Assembly (NCBI GenBank): GCA_049322915.1
Contig: JBMOPW010000014.1
Coordinates: 858,774 to 922,773, forward strand
From: Candidatus Zhuqueibacterota bacterium
GTDB lineage: Bacteria > Zhuqueibacterota > Zhuqueibacteria > Thermofontimicrobiales > Thermofontimicrobiaceae
Length of the DNA: 64,000 nucleotides
Direction of reading: 5' to 3'
The notes beneath the pieces were generated by a model, which was not told where the DNA came from, searched no databases, and was given only the letters and a program-made list of their open reading frames with translations. The translations under genes were made by a program, and so were the position numbers. Shown one piece after another: positions 1-8,510 of this stretch. Positions within the stretch are counted from its first letter, which is position 1, and each line of letters opens with the position of its first letter.

Positions 1-18
1 CCTATTTTGGAGTCTCGT

Positions 19-50
<32 letters not shown>

Positions 51-136
51 CACTACGCGTATGTCCAATAATAATTGGGACGCCAAAATTTTAACTGGTT
101 ATTCATATTAGTAATAGTATGGCTGGTGAAGCAATT

Positions 137-358
137 ATGAAAATCAGTTATGACGCAGAAGTCGATGCGCTCTATATACGCCTTATTGATGGGAAATATG
201 AGTGCCGCACAATTCGGCTCAATGAAGAAATTGCTCTCAACATTGGCCCGGGGGAAATGCTGATCGGCATCGAAATTCTCGACGCAAAGGAAGTTCTGAG
301 AAAAGGTCAACTACCTTTTGTTTCCCTCGAAAATATTGAATTGGCAGAAGCGGTGTAG
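137..358 (+). CDS. DUF2283 family small protein (putative antitoxin-like)
   Basis: N-terminus MKISYDAEVDALYIRL and later LIGIEILDA are typical of DUF2283; ATG at 137 chosen over 119. Confidence 0.8.
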   Translation: MKISYDAEVDALYIRLIDGKYECRTIRLNEEIALNIGPGEMLIGIEILDAKEVLRKGQLPFVSLENIELAEAV

Positions 359-359
359 C

Positions 360-386
360 TGATCTCCATCCCGGAGGTGGTGACCA
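360..386. repeat. REP-like palindrome, copy 1 (degenerate)
   Basis: tgatctccatcccggaggtggtgacca just after the DUF2283 stop; resembles the copies at 7089 and 8292. Confidence 0.7.
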
Positions 387-428
387 ACTGCCAATAAAAA
401 AAAGTCGCCCAATGATCGTAAATTTTTC

Positions 429-457
429 TTGACATTGTAAAAGAATGTTCGTATTTT
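429..457 (+). promoter_or_regulatory. Putative sigma70 promoter for the PEGA-domain gene
   Basis: TTGACA (429-434), 17 bp spacer, TATTTT (452-457). Confidence 0.5.
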
Positions 458-587
458 TTGCCATAAAGTTTTACTCAAGCAACGGGCGCAGCAATGAACA
501 AGAAAAAAATATTGATATAATCGGAGGCAGGAGAAAATTCTATTTTTTCACTGCCTTTTTTATTTGGTGAAACAGGGAAGCGGGTCT

Positions 588-1706
588 ATGAAAGTATTCA
601 CACATTTTGTCACCTATCTCTTCTTTCTCTCCACAATTCTCTCCCCGTGGATGCTCGCCTGGTCTCAGGAAAAACAACTGCCAAAGCTCACGCTGGGCGT
701 CATTCCATTTCAGGGAAAGGGCGTGAAGGATTACGAAGCGGCCAGTCTGTCCGAGCGGTTTCATTCTGTATTGGTGAAGACGGACCAGTTCCGCGTGGTG
801 GAAACCGAGCGCGTGACCGAGGTGCTCCGCGAAAAGGCGTACCAGCAAACCGGGGATGTGGACAATGTCGCTGAAGTGGGCAAATCCCTGGGCGCGCAAT
901 GGATGGTGACCGGCGCCGTGGGCCGGGTGGGCAACACCTACACCATCGATGTGCGCATGATCGATGTGGAGACGCGCCAGGTTTTTCTCACGGCGGATCG
1001 CGATTACTCCGGGCCAATCGACGGGCTGCTGAATTACATCGACGGCATTGCCAAAGAGCTGGCCCTGAAAACATCGGACAAACTGAAGACCGGGGACCTG
1101 GAAATTGACTGCACACCCCGGGGCGCCTTCGTGTACATCGACGGGGAGTTGAAAGGATCGACGCCGTTTCGGTTGAACAGCCTGCGCATTGGCGACCACG
1201 TGGTTGAAATAAAAAAGGCCGACTTTCTGGATTGGAAAGAGACCGTCACTATTGAGCCGCTGAAACAGAAGACCATGCAGGTGCGGCTGAAGAAGCTTTT
1301 TCAGTTGAAAATTTTGTCCATGCCGCTATACGCGAAAATTTATCTCAGCGAGGCATACCTTGCCACCACGCCCTGGACCGGCCGGCTGCCGGAGGGCAGT
1401 TACAAAATCAAGGTTGAAAAAGACCAGTACCTCACCGAGGAACAAAACGTTATGTTGAACAGGGACGGCCAGGTCTATTTTAAATTGCAGATGAAGAACG
1501 CTGTGCCGGACAATTTAGCTGACCTGCGCCAGGACCGCGCCAGGGAAAAACCGGCCATAAAAAAGGGGCGGAAAAAATGGCCGTGGCTGCTAGGCAGCGC
1601 TGTGTTACTTGGCGGAGGTCTAACAGCCTGGCTGCTGCTCAAAGGCGATAATGAGGAAAGTGGGGACGTGATTGGTACGCCGCCGGATCCGCCGGGAAAG
1701 CCGTAA
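588..1706 (+). CDS. Exported protein: CsgG/TolB-N-like domain, two PEGA domains, C-terminal hydrophobic segment
   Basis: Signal peptide; VAEVGKSLGAQWMVTGAV...IDVRMIDVET (CsgG-like); TPRGAFVYIDGELKGSTP and MPLYAKIYLSEAYLATTP (PEGA); WPWLLGSAVLLGGG near the C-terminus. Confidence 0.75.
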   Translation: MKVFTHFVTYLFFLSTILSPWMLAWSQEKQLPKLTLGVIPFQGKGVKDYEAASLSERFHSVLVKTDQFRVVETERVTEVLREKAYQQTGDVDNVAEVGKSLGAQWMVTGAVGRVGNTYTIDVRMIDVETRQVFLTADRDYSGPIDGLLNYIDGIAKELALKTSDKLKTGDLEIDCTPRGAFVYIDGELKGSTPFRLNSLRIGDHVVEIKKADFLDWKETVTIEPLKQKTMQVRLKKLFQLKILSMPLYAKIYLSEAYLATTPWTGRLPEGSYKIKVEKDQYLTEEQNVMLNRDGQVYFKLQMKNAVPDNLADLRQDRAREKPAIKKGRKKWPWLLGSAVLLGGGLTAWLLLKGDNEESGDVIGTPPDPPGKP

Positions 1707-1745
1707 TATTGATTTTATTAAATTAATAAAACACATCGTTAAATT

Positions 1746-3023
1746 TTGAAAGGAAATAATTTGGAAAAAATTATCTCAAAATATTTGTGTTATCAATGTA
1801 TCTCTAATTCTTATTTGAAAAGTTACTTGATTAAAAATGGTGAGTTGAACAACTGTACTTTTTGTAAAAAGCATCAAAAAAGTATAAGTCTTGAATATTT
1901 AGCAGATTGGATTGACAAAATATTTCATGATAACTTCAGACCTTTATCGACTTTAGAAATCTTAAATAAACATACTAACAATGAAAATTTCTTAGCGATG
2001 TCACCTCAAAGTATAATTGAAATAATTTTAGAATCAGATTCTACAATAGCAAAGCAGATTGTTAATTACCTTATTGATAAATATTTTTTTAAAGATAAAA
2101 GAAGCAAGGACTATATGGATTATAAATTGACATTTGAAGAAAAACCTGTCAAGGATATAAAATATTCGAAATATTGGACTGATTTCTGTAAAAATATAAA
2201 ACATCATCAGCGTTTTTTTAATTCTAACTATTTGAAAAAGTTAGAAGATATTTTTGCTATTATAATGAATTATCGTTTCTCTAACAATAAAACAGCAATT
2301 TATGAAATAAAACCAAATAGTGAAAAAGCTACAATATTCCGTGCTCGTGTTGCGGATGAGAAAATTAGAAAAAAGGTACTTAAAAATCCACATAAGGAGT
2401 TAAGTGCTCCTCCACTAAAAAAATCAAAACCAGGACGCATGAATCCGGTAGGTATTTCAATTTTTTATGGAGCGTTTGAAAAAAGTACTTGTATTGCTGA
2501 AATTCGTCCACCTGTCGATGCGATTGCAGTCATCGGAGAATTCAAAATTATTAAACCTATTCATGTCCTTGATCTTACTCTATTCGATGATCCATGTCTA
2601 TCTAAAAAAGTGTGGCCAAGTATGTTTCATCCAAAATTTAATCAGAAAATTAGAGAGTTAAAATTTATTAAAAAATTTCATTATGAAATTAGTAAGCCAA
2701 TCTTACGTAATGGTGAACCTCTTGAATATATTCCTACACAAGCATTTACAGAATTTCTTGCAAATCATTGCAAACCGAAATTAGATGGAATTATTTTTAC
2801 GTCGTCACTGACTGGAAAGACGGGGAAAAATATTACTCTTTTTAATACCACAACAATGATAGAAAATTCAATTGCTTCAGCAGTTGAAAATAAATTTATA
2901 AAACGAACAGTTTTAACAATCAGTACTAAAAATTTAGAGATAGTTAAAATTGTTAAGTCTGTACCTGAATCGATACAAATAAATAATCCAGCTGTAGAAC
3001 CGCAAAATATTCATTTAATTTAA
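1746..3023 (+). CDS. RES-domain protein (NAD-targeting toxin family) with Cys-rich N-terminal domain
   Basis: IFRAR, GRMNPVGISIFYGA, CIAEIRP, EYIPTQAFTEFL and LDGIIFTSS motifs; N-terminal CxxC...CxxC; strongly AT-rich; start codon uncertain. Confidence 0.8.
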   Translation: MKGNNLEKIISKYLCYQCISNSYLKSYLIKNGELNNCTFCKKHQKSISLEYLADWIDKIFHDNFRPLSTLEILNKHTNNENFLAMSPQSIIEIILESDSTIAKQIVNYLIDKYFFKDKRSKDYMDYKLTFEEKPVKDIKYSKYWTDFCKNIKHHQRFFNSNYLKKLEDIFAIIMNYRFSNNKTAIYEIKPNSEKATIFRARVADEKIRKKVLKNPHKELSAPPLKKSKPGRMNPVGISIFYGAFEKSTCIAEIRPPVDAIAVIGEFKIIKPIHVLDLTLFDDPCLSKKVWPSMFHPKFNQKIRELKFIKKFHYEISKPILRNGEPLEYIPTQAFTEFLANHCKPKLDGIIFTSSLTGKTGKNITLFNTTTMIENSIASAVENKFIKRTVLTISTKNLEIVKIVKSVPESIQINNPAVEPQNIHLI

Positions 3024-3057
3024 TAATTTACATATTACATTATAAGTGGAGGCGAAA

Positions 3058-3552
3058 ATGCTAAAAAAATTATCAATTCTTATCGGATTAATTTTATTAA
3101 CTTCTGTTGTCAATTCGGCAATGGGTCAATCATCCTCATTTAGTATATCTAATAGCAGTAACGATACATTACTTTATGTAGGTGATAACGGTAGAGTAGG
3201 CATCGGAACAACAACACCTTTAGGCCCAATCCACATCAAGGAGGGATTTGGTGGTATTATGTTATGGTTTTCAGAAGATTTAGATGAAACAGTTCAAACA
3301 ATTATTCCTGACTGTGACAATGATGTAAAGATAGGTGCTTTTATTGAGGTTATTCTTGCATATAAAAATTCAGTTGGTGCAGAGGGTTTCCATCAAAAAT
3401 CTTGTTATGGTGCAATAGGAACAAGTTATCTGATTGATGGTCCTTTTGATGTGTATATCTTATTTAATATTAATAGCGATGGTAGTGTAACAGTTAAAAA
3501 AACAGCAGGAAATTCAACACTTAAAATAGTAGTTAGAATAATGTGGGTGTAA
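3058..3552 (+). CDS. Small exported hypothetical protein with a GRVGIGTTTP fibre-like motif
   Basis: Signal peptide MLKKLSILIGLILL; DNGRVGIGTTTP motif; GGAGG upstream; AT-rich. Confidence 0.6.
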   Translation: MLKKLSILIGLILLTSVVNSAMGQSSSFSISNSSNDTLLYVGDNGRVGIGTTTPLGPIHIKEGFGGIMLWFSEDLDETVQTIIPDCDNDVKIGAFIEVILAYKNSVGAEGFHQKSCYGAIGTSYLIDGPFDVYILFNINSDGSVTVKKTAGNSTLKIVVRIMWV

Positions 3553-3679
3553 ATATTAAAATATTTGAAAATAAAAAATTTTGGCAATAGGATCACAAAT
3601 CCGGAAAGAGGTAAAAAAATCTTAAAAAATAAAGTTTGATAAATTTATGGAATGTATTATAAATATTTAAACGAGAGAG

Positions 3680-6600
3680 ATGTCAATGCAATATTTATTT
3701 AAATCATTGCGATTTGCTAGTACAATTTTATTGCCAGTATTGCTCTGGCATATTAATTCAAACGCTCAGGTATCTATCAAAATTGGTGAGGGCATGAAAG
3801 TATCTGGTGATAATGGCATAATTTCCATTAGTGGCCACTGGATTAATAAAGGTACATTCGTGGCTGGTGATGGTAGTATCATTTTTGACGGTATAAGTAT
3901 GCAAGAGATAACCAATCAATCTGGCGAAAAATTTAATAATTTAACAGTCAATAAATTAAACGGAGAGTTAAGAATAGATAATAAAATAGCTGTCAATGGT
4001 ACACTTACGTTTATAAACGGTAATATCAACACTGGATCAGATACACTTGTATTAGGCTCATCAGCTATGCTATCAGGAGAAGGCAATGGTAACTATGTTG
4101 TCGGTATTCTTAAAACAACAAAAACTGTTGGTACAGGCTCGTCGATATTAAACGGTATTGGAGTCGAATTAGATTCTGGTGTCGACGATATTGGAGATGT
4201 AACTGTTACTCGTGTTTCAGGGCACACAGGTGCAATCACAATAAATGGTAAAAGAGGAATTAGTCGTAACTGGACAATTACTTCAACTAATGCACCCAGC
4301 AATGGAAGAAAGCTTAGTTTATTGTGGATATCAGAGGATGATTATGGAGACCTTTCAAGAGCTCAGGTATGGAGAAGTATTGATGGTGGTTCAGAATGGA
4401 TGACAGTTGGTGAACCAAAAAATGTATTGAATACTGATCCTCGTATCATTTCATCAGAAATAACTTCATTCTCTATCTGGACAGTAGTCGGACTTAGTAT
4501 TCCGGCTAAGCCCTTTTTAATTAAAGCAATACCTCAAGACAGCAAGGTTATATTAACATGGCAATCAAATACTGAATTAGATTTGAGCTATTACAAAATC
4601 TACCGCAGCCAGACCAACAACTTTGTCCCCTCTTCCGGCGATTCGCTGGCCGTTGTTTTTAAGCCGGACACAACCTACAGGGACACGGATGTAATCAATG
4701 GTCAAACCTACTATTATCGCATTTCCGCGGTGGACAGCGCCGGCAACGAGAGTGAGTTCAGCGACCAGGCCAGCGCCACGCCTCAGGCAGGTCCAGCGGA
4801 TTCAGATATTTATCTGCCAGTTACACATTACGATTTCGGCAACGTGCTGGTTGACAGTTCAAAAACCTGGCTGCTCACCGTCAAAAATCTGGGTTTGGGC
4901 AGGCTGGAAATTTACACTGTTCAAAACAGCGTATCGGCTTTTTCCGTCAACCCAAAAACCGCCTCAATCGCCGAGTTGGATAGTTTCCATTTCACGCTGA
5001 CATTTTCACCTGCAACTGAAAAAACCTTTCAGGATACATTCCGGATTTCCAGCAACGATCCGGACGAAGCCACAATTTTATTTCCTGTGACGGGCAGAGG
5101 CGTTATTGCGCCGCAGCCTTCCATTTTCATTTCGGAAATATCGCACAATTTCGGGGACGTCCCGGTACATTCGTCCTCCTCCTGGCAGTTGACCATCGAA
5201 AACAAAGGCACGGCCGATTTGCTGGTTCAAAATATCAGCAGCAGCAATCCTGTATTTTCCGCGGACCCGCAGCAATTCACCCTAAGACCTTCGGGCCGGC
5301 AGGAAGTACAGGTTCAGTTCGCGCCGGACAGCCTGTTATCCGAGAGCGGCGTTTTGACCATCCTCAGCAACGATCCTGAAAATCCTGAGAAAACCGTCGC
5401 CCTTTCCGGCGCCGGCAGCGATTCGGAGTCGCCGCAGATTACGGTTCAGCCGTTCACAACAACAATGCAGGTGAATACCGCTTTCACGATTTCAGCGCAC
5501 ATCACAGATAACTGGAACGTCGCTTCGGCAGCGCTGTTTTATCGCAGGGGATCGGAAAGCGGATTTCAGCGGATTGAAATGAGCGAGGGAACCGGTCAGG
5601 TCTATTCGGCGGCGCTCCCGGCCTCGGCGATCACGTTTTTGGGGCTGGCCTGTTTCATCAGAGCCGAAGACAGCGCCGGCAATGTTAGCGCCACCGACAC
5701 CCTGTCCTGGCCCATTCGTTTTTCGGATGGCGCGCTCACGACCGGCCTCGATGGCAGCCCGTATGCTTCCGGCTATCCTCGCGGAGAGTGGCGCATGATT
5801 TCCGCCCCGGCCAATCTGGACGAAAAGACAGTCGCTGCAATTTTGTTGGATGAGACCGCGCTCGGCAGTTACGGCGAACCCAACTGGCGGCTGTTTTCAT
5901 TCAAAGACACGGACGGCGATGGCGCCAATGACGGTTACGCGGAGTATCAGGCTTCGCTGGAGTCTTCGGTGTTTTCGTTTTCGGCAGGCAAAGCGTTCTG
6001 GCTCAAAGCCAATCCTGAGGGCGGCGCCATCCACATCGATGCCGGCCCCGGCCAGGTGTTGCCATTGGAGACGAAGTCAATCACCCTCTCGCCCGGCTGG
6101 AATCAGGTCGGCAATCCGTTTGCATTTCCCATTTCGTTTTCGCCAGCGGATGAAAATATCGTGGATCAGCTTTATGCGCCGGACGGCACAGGCGGCTACG
6201 AACTGACCACCGTGTTACTGCCCTGGGCCGGGTATTTTGTCTTTGTCAACGGCGCCAGTGCGGTGGAGCTATCTTTCGACCCGGAAAACGCGAGACCGCT
6301 CAACAAAATGGCTGAGTCGGGAAATGGCTGGAGGCTCCGAATCGTTGCTGAATGCGGCGGCAGTAGGGATCGGATCAATTCCCTCGGCGTGAGCGAGGCC
6401 GGCTCGGATGCGTGGGACAAAAGGGATTACCCTGAACCGCCGGTCCCGGGGAATTATGTGTCGCTCTACTTCCCGCACGCGGATTGGCCGGGCCGCTGCA
6501 AAGCCTACACATCGGATATTCGCCAGTATTTGGGACAAGGGCAAATCTGGGATGTGCGCGTGAAATCCAATGAGGGTGCCGGCGCGGTTCGTTTGAACTG

Positions 6601-7078
6601 GGCCATGGACCAGCCGCCGGAGACTGATCTGGAAATTCTGTTGTACGACAAGAACCGGAACAAAACAATCGACATGAATTCGAATGACGCCTATTCGTTC
6701 CAGCGGTTCAGTGAAAATGAAGAGGCTGTTTTTCAGGTATTTGCCGGCTCCCCCGGATTTATGGAAAAGCAGGTGCAGGGGCTTCGCGCTCAGTTTCCGC
6801 AGGAATTTGGCCTGTCGCAGAATTATCCCAATCCGTTCAATGCCACAACGCGGATTGAATTCAAAATCCCGTCGCTGCAGCGAGTGAGCCTGAAAATCTA
6901 CGACCTGTTGGGCCGCGAGGTGAAAAGCCTGCTGGATGATGTGCGTCCGGCCGGGTATTACCACCTTGAGTGGAATGGAAGGAACAATGCCGGCGCTGAT
7001 GTGAGCAGCGGGATTTACGTCTGCCTGGTCCGCGCCGGCGAGCGCGCCGAGACCAGGAAGGTGATTTTGATGAAGTAG
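3680..7078 (+). CDS. Large secreted protein: FN3, two ASH/choice-of-anchor-D-like Ig domains, C-terminal T9SS type A/FlgD-Ig sorting domain
   Basis: Signal peptide; LTWQSNTELDLSYYKIYRS...YYYRISAVDSAGNES (FN3); two FGxV...LTxxNxG Ig repeats; LSQNYPNPFNATTRI...SSGIY...KVILMK. Confidence 0.85.
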   Translation: MSMQYLFKSLRFASTILLPVLLWHINSNAQVSIKIGEGMKVSGDNGIISISGHWINKGTFVAGDGSIIFDGISMQEITNQSGEKFNNLTVNKLNGELRIDNKIAVNGTLTFINGNINTGSDTLVLGSSAMLSGEGNGNYVVGILKTTKTVGTGSSILNGIGVELDSGVDDIGDVTVTRVSGHTGAITINGKRGISRNWTITSTNAPSNGRKLSLLWISEDDYGDLSRAQVWRSIDGGSEWMTVGEPKNVLNTDPRIISSEITSFSIWTVVGLSIPAKPFLIKAIPQDSKVILTWQSNTELDLSYYKIYRSQTNNFVPSSGDSLAVVFKPDTTYRDTDVINGQTYYYRISAVDSAGNESEFSDQASATPQAGPADSDIYLPVTHYDFGNVLVDSSKTWLLTVKNLGLGRLEIYTVQNSVSAFSVNPKTASIAELDSFHFTLTFSPATEKTFQDTFRISSNDPDEATILFPVTGRGVIAPQPSIFISEISHNFGDVPVHSSSSWQLTIENKGTADLLVQNISSSNPVFSADPQQFTLRPSGRQEVQVQFAPDSLLSESGVLTILSNDPENPEKTVALSGAGSDSESPQITVQPFTTTMQVNTAFTISAHITDNWNVASAALFYRRGSESGFQRIEMSEGTGQVYSAALPASAITFLGLACFIRAEDSAGNVSATDTLSWPIRFSDGALTTGLDGSPYASGYPRGEWRMISAPANLDEKTVAAILLDETALGSYGEPNWRLFSFKDTDGDGANDGYAEYQASLESSVFSFSAGKAFWLKANPEGGAIHIDAGPGQVLPLETKSITLSPGWNQVGNPFAFPISFSPADENIVDQLYAPDGTGGYELTTVLLPWAGYFVFVNGASAVELSFDPENARPLNKMAESGNGWRLRIVAECGGSRDRINSLGVSEAGSDAWDKRDYPEPPVPGNYVSLYFPHADWPGRCKAYTSDIRQYLGQGQIWDVRVKSNEGAGAVRLNWAMDQPPETDLEILLYDKNRNKTIDMNSNDAYSFQRFSENEEAVFQVFAGSPGFMEKQVQGLRAQFPQEFGLSQNYPNPFNATTRIEFKIPSLQRVSLKIYDLLGREVKSLLDDVRPAGYYHLEWNGRNNAGADVSSGIYVCLVRAGERAETRKVILMK

Positions 7079-7088
7079 GTTGAATAGC

Positions 7089-7115
7089 TGGTCTCCACCT
7101 CCGAGGTGGCGACCA
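7089..7115. repeat. REP-like palindrome, copy 2
   Basis: tggtctccacctc-c-gaggtggcgacca, near-perfect hairpin 10 bp after a stop codon. Confidence 0.75.
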
Positions 7116-7145
7116 TTTGACCAGCTTGTGTTGAAATAAAAACGA

Positions 7146-7174
7146 TTGACATTTTGCTATAGATGTTTTATATT
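7146..7174 (+). promoter_or_regulatory. Putative sigma70 promoter for the TA-like genes
   Basis: TTGACA (7146-7151), 17 bp spacer, TATATT (7169-7174). Confidence 0.55.
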
Positions 7175-7207
7175 TTCTTAGGCTTGGTCAAAACAAAGGG
7201 AAAAAAC

Positions 7208-7459
7208 ATGGAAACGTTTGTTTTAAAAAAACGCTTGGACTCATCAAAACAAATAACGTTAAATCTTTCGCAGTTCAATGAAGGCGATGAGATTGAACTG
7301 GTCGTTGTAATTAATTCTTTATTAAATGATAAGAACGCGAAAAAAACTTTTTTTGATTTGAATGAGTGGGCTAATAACTGGGAGTCAGATCTGGGTGAAG
7401 ATGTTCAGGCAACTGACGTTGAATCTTTTACTGGCAGGGTAATTAACAGCAAGAATTGA
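7208..7459 (+). CDS. Small hypothetical protein, possibly antitoxin-like
   Basis: 83 aa from ATG 7208 with an AAGGG element upstream; beta-rich N-terminus (EGDEIELVVVI) and acidic C-terminus; next to a TA pair. Confidence 0.5.
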   Translation: METFVLKKRLDSSKQITLNLSQFNEGDEIELVVVINSLLNDKNAKKTFFDLNEWANNWESDLGEDVQATDVESFTGRVINSKN

Positions 7460-7554
7460 GTATTAACTTCGATGAGTAAGGCTGATCATAACCTCAGAGT
7501 TAATTACCAAATACTCGTTCGAATTAAGTTGTTATAAACGAAAGGACACACGAC

Positions 7555-7794
7555 ATGAGTTTAATAATCCCGGATGAAGTTGTCAAATCAACTCGAATGT
7601 CGCTTTCTGAGCTATCTCTTGAAATCGCTGTTATGTTATTTCAAAAAGGGAAACTTACATTGGGGCAGGCGAGTCAATTGGCAGATATAAGTCAATATCA
7701 ATTTCAACATTTACTTTTAAGTCGCAAAATCCCGGTTCATTATGATGAACTCGAATTTGAAGCAGATGTAAAAACACTTAAGGAGCTTAATTAA
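7555..7794 (+). CDS. UPF0175 family antitoxin
   Basis: LEIAVMLFQKGKLTLGQASQLA...FQHLL...IPVHYD...DVKTL is the UPF0175 pattern; directly upstream of DUF3368. Confidence 0.85.
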   Translation: MSLIIPDEVVKSTRMSLSELSLEIAVMLFQKGKLTLGQASQLADISQYQFQHLLLSRKIPVHYDELEFEADVKTLKELN

Positions 7795-7796
7795 AA

Positions 7797-8279
7797 GTGA
7801 TTGTTGTCAGCAATGCATCACCAATCATAAACCTTGCTGCTATCGATAGATTGCATATTTTAAAAGACCTGTTCGAAAAAATTATTATTCCAGATGCTGT
7901 TTTTGAAGAAATTGCTATCAAAGGCGCAGGTCAACCAGGTGCAAATGAAGTGAAGAATTTAAAATGGATTGAATGCCAATCTGTTTCGAATACTACACTA
8001 AAAAAAGTCCTGCAAAGCGATTTAGACGCAGGAGAAGCAGGAGCAATCGCTCTTTCAATGGAAGTAAATGCTGATTTATTGCTTATAGATGAAAAAATTG
8101 GGCGTACGATTGCATCTCAATTGGGACTTAAATATATTGGAGTAATCGGTATTTTAATATATGCAAAATCTAAAGGAATAATTCCTGAGATAAAACCAGT
8201 ATTGGATGATCTGATTTTTAAAGCTGGTTTTTGGATCGATCAAAAATTATATGATAGAGTTTTGCATTTTGGTAAATAA
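7797..8279 (+). CDS. DUF3368 PIN-domain protein (putative toxin)
   Basis: MIVVSNASPII, IPDAVFEEI, LDAGEAGAIAL, LLIDEKIGR, GVIGILIYAK motifs. Confidence 0.85.
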   Translation: MIVVSNASPIINLAAIDRLHILKDLFEKIIIPDAVFEEIAIKGAGQPGANEVKNLKWIECQSVSNTTLKKVLQSDLDAGEAGAIALSMEVNADLLLIDEKIGRTIASQLGLKYIGVIGILIYAKSKGIIPEIKPVLDDLIFKAGFWIDQKLYDRVLHFGK

Positions 8280-8291
8280 GATATAATAACA

Positions 8292-8318
8292 TGTTCTCCA
8301 CCTCCGAGGTGGCGACCA
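8292..8318. repeat. REP-like palindrome, copy 3
   Basis: tgttctccacctccgaggtggcgacca, 12 bp after the DUF3368 stop. Confidence 0.75.
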
Positions 8319-8510
8319 TCTGGCCTCATGCAATTTCCTAACCTTTCCCATTGAAATATTCCCCGCGATTTCATATATTCCAGAATTAATTTTTGAATGC
8401 TGAATCCACTCTGATGAGGGCTAAAGCCCAAAATTTAGTGCAGATTTCTGTTCCCGACTTAGAAGTTGGGGCTATTCAGACTGACTCAAAAATAAAAGGA
8501 GATCCCGGCC

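Noticed and set aside
360..8318. Palindromes as CRISPR repeats or integron attC sites
   Set aside because: Spacing is kilobases, no cas or integrase gene is present, and the RYYYAAC/GTTRRRY boxes are not consistently present
8411..8433. Hammerhead-like CTGATGA-stem motif
   Set aside because: The stem is followed by AAAA instead of the required GAAA, and I could not find stems I and III
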